NCBI GenBank assembly: GCA_918797485.1
Contig: CAKKNE010000003.1
Coordinates: forward strand, 4,092,001 to 4,156,000
Reading direction: 5' to 3'
Length of the DNA: 64,000 bases
DNA from: Pelagomonas calceolata
Lineage: Eukaryota
The notes under the pieces were generated by a model, which made no database searches, was not told the origin of the DNA, and worked only from the letters and a program-made list of their open reading frames with translations. The stretch's first letter is position 1. The number at the start of each line of letters is the position of its first letter. The position numbers and the translations under genes were made by a program. Below are positions 12,165 to 23,053 of the stretch, in pieces.

Positions 12165-13444
12165 ATGTCCGCCCTAGCCGAGCAGCAAAGCCTCTCGAGC
12201 CAGGGCAGCGCGTCGCTGACGCCCACCGCAACCTCGTCGAGCTACGCCTCGTCGAGCAAGCCCAGCGAGTTCAACGACGACGCCTCGTCGATCTCGACCG
12301 TGAGCGAGGAGTCGGAGGAGTCCAAGGAACCCGAACCGTACCAGCTCCCGCACGACCGCGCCGTCGCGACCATGAACGAGGACGAGGACGACGAGTCCTA
12401 CTCGTCCGAAAGTAGTGGCGAATCGATCGTGCCGGACCTGGGCGGCGACGAGGACGACGACCCGTCCGCGAAAGCTACTGGTGCGGGGCTCCTCGGCTAC
12501 CTCGGCCTCGGGGGCCAGGCGACGAAGGCTACCGAAGACGACTACGCCTACGACTTCGAGGGCGAGCCCCAGGAACAGGACGACGAGCACTACGACTTCG
12601 GTGATTGTGCAGTGTCCTTCGTATGTCGCGTCGATGGCGTGTGACGCGTGACTCGTCGATCACGCATCCTCGAGAGACCGGCGCCACGCCATCGAGCAGG
12701 CGTCGACGGCGTGGCGGTCGACGCGTAACACACGCAGGCGACGACGAGGAGCCCGAGCTCGACGAGGACGAGTTACTCGCGGAGGAGGGCCTCAAGGACG
12801 ACCGCCTCGAGGCGCGGCTCGCCTTAGCTTATGACGTCGCGACGGCGGGCGTGTCCTCTGGTAGGGAGCACCCGATGAAGGCGCCGGAATTTCGGAAGGC
12901 GGTGGCCGTCATGGGCCGCGTCTTCAGCAAGGAGGAGACCGACCGGTTTTTTGATGAGGCCCTGGCCTTCTCCGAGGATCGTTCAGCATTAGGTGTGTCG
13001 TCCGAGCGAGATGAACGGGGCTTGCTCAAGAGGAACGTCGTCGAGGCGAATCCGAGGAGACATGCGCTATGTCTGCCGAAAGACGACTTCGTGGCCTATT
13101 TCTCGAAGTTCGTGACGCGGACCGTCGATCCGAGGGAAGCTGCCGAACATTTCAGGGCGCTGGTCGAGGGCGCGGCCGAGCAGGCGCTGCGCGATCCCGA
13201 CACCGAGGCGTCTGACGAGTTGAGAGCTATGGCCGACACGAAGCATAGGAGGGTCGACGAGCTCTTCATTTATGCTCGCGATTTGAGGAAGGTCGTCGCG
13301 TCGATGTCGGAACGCTTGACCGACGAGGAGGCCGACGCGTTCATCCGCGAGTGCAAACCCGAACCATTGGTTGGGGCGGCCGACGGCGGGCTGGAGCGCG
13401 TCTACTTCCACCAGTACCTCAACATGCTCAAGGACGACTCTTGA
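12165..13444 (+). CDS. acidic N-terminus plus degenerate EF-hand (calmodulin/centrin-like) protein, 1 intron
   Basis: Intron 12601-12737 (GT-AG) joins the frames. DLRKVVASMSERLTDEEADAFIRE resembles the calmodulin C-lobe. Confidence 0.65.
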
Positions 13445-13462
13445 TTTGCGTAAGTGTCTCTT

Positions 13463-14448
13463 CCTAATGGATCTTTAAAGATCCATTAGGACTAGGTCCT
13501 AGGACCCGGGGTATATGGGTAAGGTATGGGGTACATATCATAGGGGGGGTATTAGTCATTCCACTTACACGTGGAACCAACCCGTGCATTGGACTCGCCG
13601 TGTCCCAGGATCCGCGCGCCCCACGTGTCTGGGGGAGTACGGGACACGCGCGCGCCCCACTCAGGGTAAATTCGCTAATCCAACCAAAACCTACTAGCAA
13701 AGGTCCCCAAAGGTTATTATAGTATACTATTGGGGACCTTTGCTAGTAGGAAACAAAAACCCTCTAGCAAAGGTCCCCAAAGGTTATTATAGCATACTCT
13801 TGGGGACCTTTGTAGGTTGAGTCTCGGGATCTAAACGAGTTGGTGACCTTTGTGGGCGAGTGTGGTGTTCTCGGTGAAGTTCACGACTCGCCGAATCTTA
13901 GAATTCACCGTTAATATACAAAAGGTAAATGGCTCAATTAGCTAGTGTCGGAATCGATTATTCGAAGTTGACGCTTGACGAATTAAAACGAATTGCTCCC
14001 TTGTCCACGCTCCTTGACAAAATGTCGCTTGATCAGATAAAAGAAGCTCTTTCATTTTCTACTACTTTTAGTCCAGACGGCAGAAGTATTCTTCGGACAA
14101 ATGTCGTGAAGCCGAGAGAAATTCCACGCAATACACATCGTTTCGTTAGGGTTTTTGTTTCCTACTAGCAAAGGTCCCCAATAGTATACTATAATAACCT
14201 TTGGGGACCTTTGCTAGTAGGTTTTGGTTGGATTAGCGAATTTACCCTGAGTGGGGCGCGCGCGTGTCCCGTACTCCCCCAGACACGTGGGGCGCGCGGA
14301 TCCTGGGACACGGCGAGTCCAATGCACGGGTTGGTTCCACGTGTAAGTGGAATGACTAATACCCCCCCTATGATATGTACCCCATACCTTACCCATATAC
14401 CCCGGGTCCTAGGACCTAGTCCTAATGGATCTTTAAAGATCCATTAGG
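13463..14448. mobile_element. 986-bp foldback element with 301-bp terminal inverted repeats and TCTT target duplication
   Basis: 13463-13763 is the reverse complement of 14148-14448. TCTT at 13459-13462 and 14449-14452. More AT-rich than the flanks. Confidence 0.9.
13929..14168 (+). CDS. small, probably truncated ORF inside the foldback element
   Basis: 79 aa with AT-rich codons and an A-rich leader (AAAAGGTAAATG); runs into the right TIR. Confidence 0.35.
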   Translation: MAQLASVGIDYSKLTLDELKRIAPLSTLLDKMSLDQIKEALSFSTTFSPDGRSILRTNVVKPREIPRNTHRFVRVFVSY

Positions 14449-14574
14449 TCTTGGGTCGCGTCGATGGCGTTTGGAAGGCTGAGGCTGAGGAATTCCTAGT
14501 GTCTTACAGGCCGCTAGCATCGCGGGGCGCAGCGCCCCCGCGTCATCTGGGCAGCGCCATCGCACGACACAAGC

Positions 14575-15153
14575 ATGAATACGATGCGTGCGGTCGCCAC
14601 GCTGCTTCTTGTCAACTGCTGCGCGGCCCTCTCCCCTCACGCCAGCGTGCTCCGCCGCTGCGGCTCAGCCACACCGCCGAGTGCGGCCGAGGCGACGCGA
14701 GCTCTACGAGAGATCGTGAACGCGCGCCAGGACGACTGGACACCGTTGCTCGACAGGCGCTGGCGGCCTGTGTTCTCGGTCAAACCAGACGCCGACGAGG
14801 GGCGCTTCCTGACCGTGAAAGCGGAGCAGGAGTTTCGAAGCGATGGCTCGTTCACGAATGCGATTCGACTGCTTGGACTCAAGTTTGTGTTCGCCGGGAC
14901 CTACGCTCTGCAAGGAAGTACGACGACCCTGGTCATCGAGAGGCTCCGGCTCAAAATTCTGGGCGTGCCTATGCCAGCAATCGACGTCCGGGAGGGCCGG
15001 GGCATCCGCGGACTGATCGAGCGCATCCGCGGCCGGCGCAAGGACGGCAGCAAGCGGCCCAACGTTTATAGTTGGTGCTACGCGGACGGCGACGTGTGCG
15101 TCGCGCGAGGCTCGAGCGGATCGACTGCGGTGTGGGTGCGGGCGGACGGATAG
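14575..15153 (+). CDS. PAP/fibrillin-like (plastid lipid-associated) protein
   Basis: Signal peptide, W.PVFS strand, and C-terminal YADGDVCVARGSSGSTAVW typical of fibrillin-like beta-barrels. Confidence 0.55.
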   Translation: MNTMRAVATLLLVNCCAALSPHASVLRRCGSATPPSAAEATRALREIVNARQDDWTPLLDRRWRPVFSVKPDADEGRFLTVKAEQEFRSDGSFTNAIRLLGLKFVFAGTYALQGSTTTLVIERLRLKILGVPMPAIDVREGRGIRGLIERIRGRRKDGSKRPNVYSWCYADGDVCVARGSSGSTAVWVRADG

Positions 15154-15438
15154 GGAATAAGTGTTGTGTTGTGTATATGATCATATATCGTTTCGCGTCG
15201 ATGGCGTGCAACCCGCACGCCAGTTTGGTCTGGTCTTGCGTGTTTTGCGCCAGCTCGGTGCATCACGAAGGACTTGTTGGCGCCGCAGGCGTCGTGTGGA
15301 GTGCCGCACGTGAGTAGGAACACTGCTGCAGGCCTGCATTTGTGTCGCTGCAGGACTCGTGAGGTGATAACACCGCTGCTGACACAATAGTTTTTTTGGC
15401 TGCACTCGTGAGGTGACAACACTCTGACAACAAGCAAA

Positions 15439-16314
15439 ATGATGACCTTCCTGCCCTTCGCGGACTTTAAAGCCTCGGCCGAAGCTCTCGACACGAAGCG
15501 GTTGCAGAACCAGCGCACGGAAGCGCGGTTCGTGCTCGAGTGGTTGGAAAACAGAGGCTTCGACCTGCGCGCCTACGGCGCCGCGCGCATGTGGAAAGGC
15601 TACCGCGACGCATTGGCCGCGTACTACAACGCCTGCCTCGACGCCTACGAGGCACGGGGCTTCGTCAACGGTCCGACGATGCAGCGCGCGTCGGTGCCGA
15701 CGGAGGTCGAGATGCCTCCCTGGTTGGGCGACGAGCGCTTCCACGCGGCGCAGCGCGCCCAGCTCCTCGTCAAGAAGCCCGAGTACTACTCGGAGAAGGG
15801 CTGGGACGCGACGCCGCCGGAGCTCGGCGTGGACTATGTCTTCCCGAAAAAGCAGGGGGACCGCTGGGTGCTCTACCGGCGCGTGCGCGGCACGGACGTC
15901 GTCCTGGCCGAGTGCCACGGCGACCTCGTCGAGCCGGCCGCGAAGCCGCGGGCGAAGCGCGCGCGGTCCGACGCCTCGGCACCGCCTCCGCAGTCGCGCG
16001 ACGAGTTGGTGGCGGAGTATACGCGCCTCGCGAAGGTCGCGCTCCCGGCGCGCGCCAAAGAGGAGAAGTGGCCGATCCGCTTCGACCACTGCTTCATGCG
16101 GGTGATGCTCGACAACGCCTTCGGGAAGTGCTGGTACGAGTGCCTCGACCGGAAGCGGGGCTCGGCGATCTCGCAGATCGGCGACTCCGACCTCGCCGCA
16201 GCGGTCGCGATCGGGAAACGGATGGAGGCCGAGGGCCGGAGCGCCGTCGACGAGCTCGACGCGCGGTCGCTGCGGCTCCGGGGCAAGCGTCCGAAGAAGG
16301 CGCGCCGGTCCTAA
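15439..16314 (+). CDS. pyrimidine-dimer DNA glycosylase-like (MSMEG_6728 family) domain fused to a small bacterial-type domain
   Basis: M.TFLPFADF.ASA.ALD.KRL..QR.E, MWKGY, PPWLGDE.FH, KKPEYY; C-terminal WPIRFDHCFMRVMLDN. Confidence 0.7.
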   Translation: MMTFLPFADFKASAEALDTKRLQNQRTEARFVLEWLENRGFDLRAYGAARMWKGYRDALAAYYNACLDAYEARGFVNGPTMQRASVPTEVEMPPWLGDERFHAAQRAQLLVKKPEYYSEKGWDATPPELGVDYVFPKKQGDRWVLYRRVRGTDVVLAECHGDLVEPAAKPRAKRARSDASAPPPQSRDELVAEYTRLAKVALPARAKEEKWPIRFDHCFMRVMLDNAFGKCWYECLDRKRGSAISQIGDSDLAAAVAIGKRMEAEGRSAVDELDARSLRLRGKRPKKARRS

Positions 16315-16341
16315 GTAGTCTTGTATGTAACTTTACACCGT

Positions 16342-17772
16342 TCAGAGCCGCATCCCGTCGTCCACCAGCGCCGCGCGCAACTTCGCGTTCTCGCGCCGCA
16401 GGCGCAGGATCTCCATATCCTTGGGGTCCAAATTTTTGCGCGGCGCCGTCGTCACCGATTTCAAACGAGACGCGAAGCGCAACGTCGACGTCGTGTGCGA
16501 GGCATCAGCCGCCGCGCGACTCACGCAACATAAGATGGCCGCGTAGGCGTTGCCACCTAACGCGTCCTGGAGCAGCCGTGTGAGCTTCGCGTCGCGATAC
16601 GGGACGTGGACGCGAGCCGCTCCATTAATGTCGCCTTTCCGGCGCTTCGACGCCTTGTCTTCTAACGCGGTGACGACATTCCCAAGCACCATGAGGCTCT
16701 GGTTGATGTTTCCCGCCTCCTTCACCCCGTCGCCCGTCGTCTTGGACTCCTTGACGCGCTCCGACCCGGCCAGGTCGACGAGATGCAGGCGCGAGGCCTG
16801 CGTCACCGTCGCGGCGCCCCTTGTAGTAGTTCGCGTGAGTTCCAGCGTGAAGACGGCATGACTGCGAGAAGAGCGGTCGTTCTTCGCCGTGCCGCGGACC
16901 GCCCGGCGGCGGCTCCCCATTCGAAACGCGTCGATGCACTCCTCGGCGCTTCGGCAGCGCGTCCGCGTGCAGCCGTCGACGAAGACGCCGCGCCGCTCGT
17001 CCTCGCGGATGCGCGGCTGTTTTTGAGGTGGGGGCGTCTTCGCGCGCGGCGGCGTCTTGGCGCGTGGCGGCGTGCGGTTCCCGGCTTGTAACGCCCGGCC
17101 CCGCTGCTGTTGAGGTGGCGGCGGCAGGGCGTTCTCGGACGCGCCCGCGTCGCCGACGAGCAAGTCGCGCACCTGCTCCCGGTAAATCTCGACGTACGTG
17201 CACTCCACGCGCGTGTGCGTCTCGTCGCTCTCCGCACCGGACACGGCGAAGACCTGAGCTATCGCACGAGACACGATGCCCGCGTCGCCCCTCTCACCAG
17301 CCATGGCATGGGTCTTTCCGGAACCAGTAGCACCGTAGGCCATCACGCACCCGTGAAAACCCCGCAGCGCCTGCTCGACGACGTTGCGCGCGACGCCGTC
17401 GTAGGTCGCCTTCTGCGTCGAGTGGTCGTCGAGCGTCGCGTCGAAGGGGCCGAAATTTGTATCACCTACCGAAACGTGGTTGCCTCGGATGGACGTGGCC
17501 GACTCGCCGTCGATCTGCGGCCGGCTGCGGATCGCGACTCTTACAGCCGTCTCCTCGGCCGGTTGAGCTAGTAAGGCGTCCCACTCGCTCTGTTCAGAAA
17601 CGTCGCTCTCCGTGAGCTCGGAGACGTCGCTCATGCGCTTGGTCGCGACGCTCGGGCGCCCTGCTACGCTGAGGCGCGCCTCGGCGAGCGGGCTCGTCGT
17701 GCGGCGCCGGCGTGCCGGTGGCGCGGGGTCGCGCGGCACGGCGGCCGGCTTGCCGGAGCAGGAGTTACCCAT
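16342..17772 (-). CDS. kinesin motor protein
   Basis: AYGATGSGKT, NDRSSRSH, LVDLAGSE and HVPYRDAKLTRLLQDALGGN motifs. Confidence 0.95.
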   Translation of the reverse strand: MGNSCSGKPAAVPRDPAPPARRRRTTSPLAEARLSVAGRPSVATKRMSDVSELTESDVSEQSEWDALLAQPAEETAVRVAIRSRPQIDGESATSIRGNHVSVGDTNFGPFDATLDDHSTQKATYDGVARNVVEQALRGFHGCVMAYGATGSGKTHAMAGERGDAGIVSRAIAQVFAVSGAESDETHTRVECTYVEIYREQVRDLLVGDAGASENALPPPPQQQRGRALQAGNRTPPRAKTPPRAKTPPPQKQPRIREDERRGVFVDGCTRTRCRSAEECIDAFRMGSRRRAVRGTAKNDRSSRSHAVFTLELTRTTTRGAATVTQASRLHLVDLAGSERVKESKTTGDGVKEAGNINQSLMVLGNVVTALEDKASKRRKGDINGAARVHVPYRDAKLTRLLQDALGGNAYAAILCCVSRAAADASHTTSTLRFASRLKSVTTAPRKNLDPKDMEILRLRRENAKLRAALVDDGMRL

Positions 17773-18120
17773 TCTGTGTCGCGGCGGTGGCGTCTACCGA
17801 CGAAACTGGTGGATGCACACAACTATCTGTTGTAACCGCTGGGGCCGCGCAAGGCCGCGCTTTCGACGCGCAGCGGCCCTGACAATATGGCGCAGTGTGA
17901 GGCGAGTGCGCTTCACCCGGCGTCGCCTGTGGCCGCTGTTATCAGCGTCTGTAAAATTCACACGGCCAAAAATTAATCTGCTAGCGTCATGTAAGACACT
18001 AGCAAGGAAAGCGACGAATGCTAGTCCTCCCCACGCCACCCTCTACGCCCGCCCACCAGTCCCAGCACTGTAACGGAACAAGCGAAACGCAACAGCAAAG
18101 AAACAACCACAAACACTTAC

Positions 18121-20315
18121 TCACAAACCCACAAGGTCCCACGCCCGCGACACGTTGACAAGGTACTCGCCTCGTTCCAGATGCGGCAAGAATAATCCCG
18201 TCGTCCCGTGGACGAAGAACGCGTCGAAGGCGGAAAAGGGCGCGTTCTCCGAATTCGTCGAATGAAATGACCCGACCCAGTTGAAGGCGTAGCCCAAATC
18301 CACCAACGGCACTTCATATTTCAACCGCATCGCATTCAGGTAGCCCTGGTCCCAGTGCAAGACCCTTTCGAACGAGTCCCACGGAGGTAGGGTTTCCACT
18401 AACCCAAGCTGCGGCCAGCTCGCCACCAGCACGCCGGAGTTGAACCAGGCCTCCTCGGTGTTGCAAGGAACGCCGTAGCGCAAACAACTAATCTCGAGCG
18501 ACTGTTTGGCTTCTTCTGGTTTACGAACTAGTGGATCTTCGACGGTGGCGCCTAGCGCTACCACCGGCACGAGCTCGAAGACGTCCGGGGCATCCTTTCT
18601 TACTACAACAGTGTCGTCCAGCACCAATACTCTTCGATACTTCCGCAGGGCGCTCCGGAGGACCTGCGTTGACGCGAAGCTCACAGACGCCGTCGACGCG
18701 AAGCATGAAGGAGACGCTGCGTCCGCACGATCAGCTTGAACGCCTTTGCGCACCCGTTGTCGCCTTCCTCGTGCGTGTAGCACTGCGACGCGTCGCCGGC
18801 CACGAGTAGATCGGCGTCTACCTTTATCGAGTAGGCCGCCACTCTTTTTATCAGGGAAGAGACCCAGGGTCGGTCGCCGAGCGAAGCCACGGCAACTACT
18901 CTATCCTTCAGGGAACAAGTCGAGTGGAGATGTAGAACAGTGCGCCCTTCGACGAAGAGGACGTCGTCGATGGAGCGGACCTCGGGCGTGATCCCCATTA
19001 CTTCAATCGAAGCGCAGGAGTCCAGAGGCGCTCTATGTAATAAAGCGTCGTCGAAGGCTCCTACAAAATCAGCATACCACATGCCATGGGCACGGAAACG
19101 CTGTAACTTCTTCTCTGCACCAACTAAAAAGTTGTTGTGCGCCAGGACCGGGTCCGCTCGTATCAAGGGTCCTCGATCGTCATGCAAAGGTCCGTCGAAG
19201 AACAGACCGCCGCCCGGCACTTCCAATGGATCCAAGACCTCTACACTAATATTCGTGCCCTCTCGGAAGCGCCGCTCGTGCAGGACTAGATTGGACGCAG
19301 CTTGATCGCCGGCCCACGTGCGCTCCGGATGCTTGTCCCGTATCGTGGCCAGCTCGAGCGCGCTCTGCACCAGTAACATTTCTGCCTCTCTTGTAACACG
19401 AAACACGCCCGTGCACTGCTCCGCGTGGAACTGGTCTTCGTTTATGGCATAATCTCGAGCATGTAAACCACCGGCTTGGATCGCAAAGGCTGCATCAGAC
19501 AAAGGCAGGTCCCGCAGCAGGACGACATCAGTATCCAACCACCACACGACTTGTATCGAAGCTCGTAATGCTACAACGACGGCGACGGGCTTGAGGACCG
19601 CGATTTCCGAGAAGCCGGCCGACTGGACGTCTTTTCTACCATCTACACTGCCGAAGAGCGTCGGCAACTTACCGCAGGCGACGTTGTGCGTTCGCAGTTT
19701 GTCATATGTACTGTCGGACAGCGCAAAGGCGAAGAGCGGCGCGCCGGCTCGCGCCGCCGAGAACGCGAGATTCAACGCCAGGTCGGCGTGCGGCAGGTTG
19801 GCCATCGTCACGACCAACATATCGTCGATAGCCGTATCTTGTAACGCCTTGCGCAGGGTTTCGTCGGCCGAGGCGAGCTCTAAGACGCGCCTCGCGGCCG
19901 TCACGTTGGGCCCCTCGCCAGTCACGTCGGCCAGCCACCTTTGTTTCTCAACGAGGAACCAGGTCTCCTCGACGTTACTGACCACACCATTCAACGGTGC
20001 CGCGCCCCTATGAAGAGTGGGCGGGTCTGGGCCGCGTCTAAGCACCGCGCGGCACCGCCACACGCCGGGCAGAAAGCCGCCCAGCTTGAACGACGTGACC
20101 GGCGCCCGCGCCTCCACGCAGTGCGTGTGGCTCTCGAAGGAGACGCGCTTGTTTGTTAATTGAGTGCACAGTCGTAAATCGTCTGTGGCGTCTGCGACAG
20201 CGTAGGCCATCACTAACGCTCCATCCTGCAGCGTGACTTCTCCATTATTGATTGGTGTGATGGCGCTTATCGATGGCTCCGCGTGGGCCAGCGCCAGCAA
20301 TAGGAGCGCCCGCAT
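18121..20315 (-). CDS. secreted two-domain glycosyltransferase (nucleotide-diphospho-sugar transferase plus GT8-like), 1 intron
   Basis: Signal peptide; WLDTDVV, DQ..SN, HNNF; second domain VLDD, FNSGV, DQGYLN. Intron 18664-18728. Confidence 0.75.
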
Positions 20316-20922
20316 GGCTGCCCCAATTTGCCAATGCTGGTGCTGCCGCTCCCGCGCACCAATACGCGTCGCGTTTTTTGCGCGCGGTACGTCCTATAGT
20401 ACGTCCTGGGGCTATGGAGCTGGCGCGGGCAGCGCGCGGTCCCGTTGCGCCGCGTGCGCACTGTGTATGGGTGCTACCCAGTGGGGCACAAATGAACATT
20501 GCGGGTCTTCCTCCTCCGACAGGACGTGTCTTGCGGTGCGCAGTGGTCGGAATACGCCCGGCGCGGCTGGGCGGATTCGTCGGAAACCGCAAGCTAGCGC
20601 TATAGCGCCACTAGAGAGCGCTGTGCGAGAGCGCCGCGTCGAGTGGCCCGTACTGCGCCACTGCGTGACCAAACGCACACGCACGCCGTCGCCGCGCTGC
20701 AGCGCATCTATTCACAACCGGTTTCGGACGCGTTTGGAGCCGTTCAGAGGCACGCAGAGCCGTAAGAGCTTGTAACAGGGCCAGGTCACATTTGCGTGCG
20801 CGGTCGATACGCCCGCCGCGCCTCGCCGGGCCCAACAGAAGTGCGGCGCGCGCACGCCACCGCCGCGACACGACTCCGGAACCGCTCGCGCACGCGCGCG
20901 ACGTAACCGCGAAACCGCCGCC

Positions 20923-23043
20923 ATGGGCATCAAGGGCCTCTTCCCCTTCCTGCGCGAGAAGGCGCCCGCCGCCATCAAGGAGCGCTCCCTGAAGGACTAC
21001 CTGGGGCGCACGTTAGCTATAGACGCGTCGATGTCGCTCTACCACTTCCTGTCAGCCATAAGGACGGGCCCCGACGCCCAGAACCTGACGAACTCGAACA
21101 ACGAGGCCACGTCGCATTTGCAGGGCTTCGCGACGCGCGTTCTGCGGCTGCTCGAGGCCGGCGCGAAGCCCGTGTTTGTGTTTGATGGGAAGCCGCCGCA
21201 GCTCAAGGCCAAGGAATTGGCGCAGCGCCGCGAGGCCAAGGCCAAAGCCGAAGAAGTCGTCAAGGAGAAGCGGGCCGACGACCAGGCGTCGCCCGAGGAT
21301 GTGAGAAAAGCAGCATCAGCAGCCACACGAGTCACGAAACGACACAACGACGACGTCAAGCGACTCCTGCGGTTGATGGGCGCTCCGGTAGTGGAAGCCG
21401 AGGGCGAGGCCGAGGCCTTCTGCTGTGCTCTTGTAAATGCGGGTACTTGTGACTACGTGGTTGCCTGTGTGGAAATCAACCAGTATGTCGAGCGGTGAAC
21501 CGGCACCGCCACGCATCGATCGCGTCGATGGCGTGGAGGTCGACGCGACGGTTCAGCACGAACGCGCCGTAAAATCTTGATTTCCACACAGGTGGTTACT
21601 GATGATACCGACGCCACAACATTTTCGTCTTATTACTCTCAGAATACTCCGAAAATCGTAAAAAACTTATTTGATACGGAGGGTGCTCGTTTGAAGGAAA
21701 AACGGCCGGCCTACGAGATCGACGTGTCGACCGTGCTGAGCTCGCTACAGTTGTCGCGGGACGCGTTCGTCGACTTCTGTGTATTATGCGGCTGCGACTA
21801 CGCGCAGAAGCTGCGGGGCGTCGGGCCGAAGACGGCCTTGAAGCTGATTGTTACACATAAAACGCTGGAGCGGGCGGTTTTTGTCGAGAGACCCGGCGTC
21901 GCCACGAAGGCGCCCAAGGGCAAGGTGCTAGCTCCAGAAGGCTGGGATTTCGCGGCCGCGCGGCGCGTCTTCTCGACGGAGATTCTGAAGGGGGATCCGC
22001 ACGTGTCTGTAGGCTTCGGCGAGCCCGACTATGAAGGGTTCCGCGCATTTCTCGTCGACACCAACGGCTTTTCGGCGGAACGTGTCGAGGCCATGATTAA
22101 AAGATTGCGCAAGGTGCGCTCGAAGAAGCCGCAGCGGCGCATCGACGACTTCGTCAAGGCGCGCGCTCCTGCGGCGTCGCGGCACTTCGCCCCTCCACCG
22201 GCGGCGCCTGCGCCGGCGCCGACGGTCGCGCCCACGACGCCGCGACGTCCACCGGCAAGCGGCATCGACCCACGCACGCTGCTGCCCGTGGCACCGGCGG
22301 CCGCCGCTGCCGTGAAGCCGGAGCCCGGGGCCGCCGCGCCCGCGACGTCTGAGTACGTCGGCCCGCCGACCGCCGGCGGCTCCTCATCGAGCGACGACGA
22401 GTCGTCGGGCGAGAGGACAGAGGCCTACCCGCACTCGCCGCCGCGGCCCGCACCGGACGCGCCGCTGGCCGTCGGCGCCGCCGTGGAGCTCGTAGGTCTA
22501 TCAGACGCGGAATACAACGGGAGGCGAGGCGTCGTGGCGGAGACGCCACCGGAGCTCGTCGCGCGGGAGCGCGTGCTCGTGGCCGTCGGCGACCGGACGC
22601 TGTCGCTGAAGCGCCGGAACGTCGTCGCCGCGCGGCCGGCGTCGCCGGCACCGCAACCGACGCCCCCGCCGCCGCCGCCGCCGACCCCGACCAAGAAGTC
22701 TCCGGCGCTCGCAAAATTTCTCGCCGGTGGCGTGAGGGATACGACGCCCGTCAAGAAAAAACGCGGCAGCGCCAAGGCGTTGTCCTCGCCGCCACCCAAG
22801 AAATCGAAGAAGAAGGCAGAGCCCGCTACGGCGTCGCTGGCCGCTGATTTTTTCTCCGGAAAGGTGCGGGACGCCACCAAGCCCCCGAAGAAGAAGGCTA
22901 GAAAGAAGAAGGGCGGCCCGGGGCCCTGTGCGAGAGCCGGTGCGGCGCCGGCGGCCGAAGCGAGCGACGCCGAGGAGGAGTCGCTCGCCGCCGGCGTCAC
23001 AGTCGTCGACGCCGAGGACCTCCTCGCCGGGGATTTGAATTAA
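20923..23043 (+). CDS. FEN1: flap endonuclease 1 with long low-complexity C-terminal extension, 1 intron
   Basis: MGIKGL, AIDASM, FVFDGKPP, EAEAFC, GCDY, GVGPKTA, PIP-box QRRIDDF. Intron 21457-21591. Confidence 0.92.
21465..21591 (+). mobile_element. introner (TIR element) in FEN1
   Basis: TIR CTGTGTGGAAATCAA / TTGATTTCCACACAG; 8-bp TSD GTGGTTGC / GTGGTTAC. Confidence 0.9.
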
Positions 23044-23053
23044 GTGATACATG

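Noticed and set aside
11710..12415. 173-aa and 226-aa ORFs upstream of the EF-hand gene
   Set aside because: Non-ATG starts and no motifs; they look like intergenic sequence.
13464..14447. Mirror ORFs of 78 and 60 aa
   Set aside because: By-products of the inverted repeat; no protein-like features.
15356..15432. Short direct repeat ACTCGTGAGGTGA.AACAC upstream of the glycosylase gene
   Set aside because: Only two short copies; most likely a local duplication.
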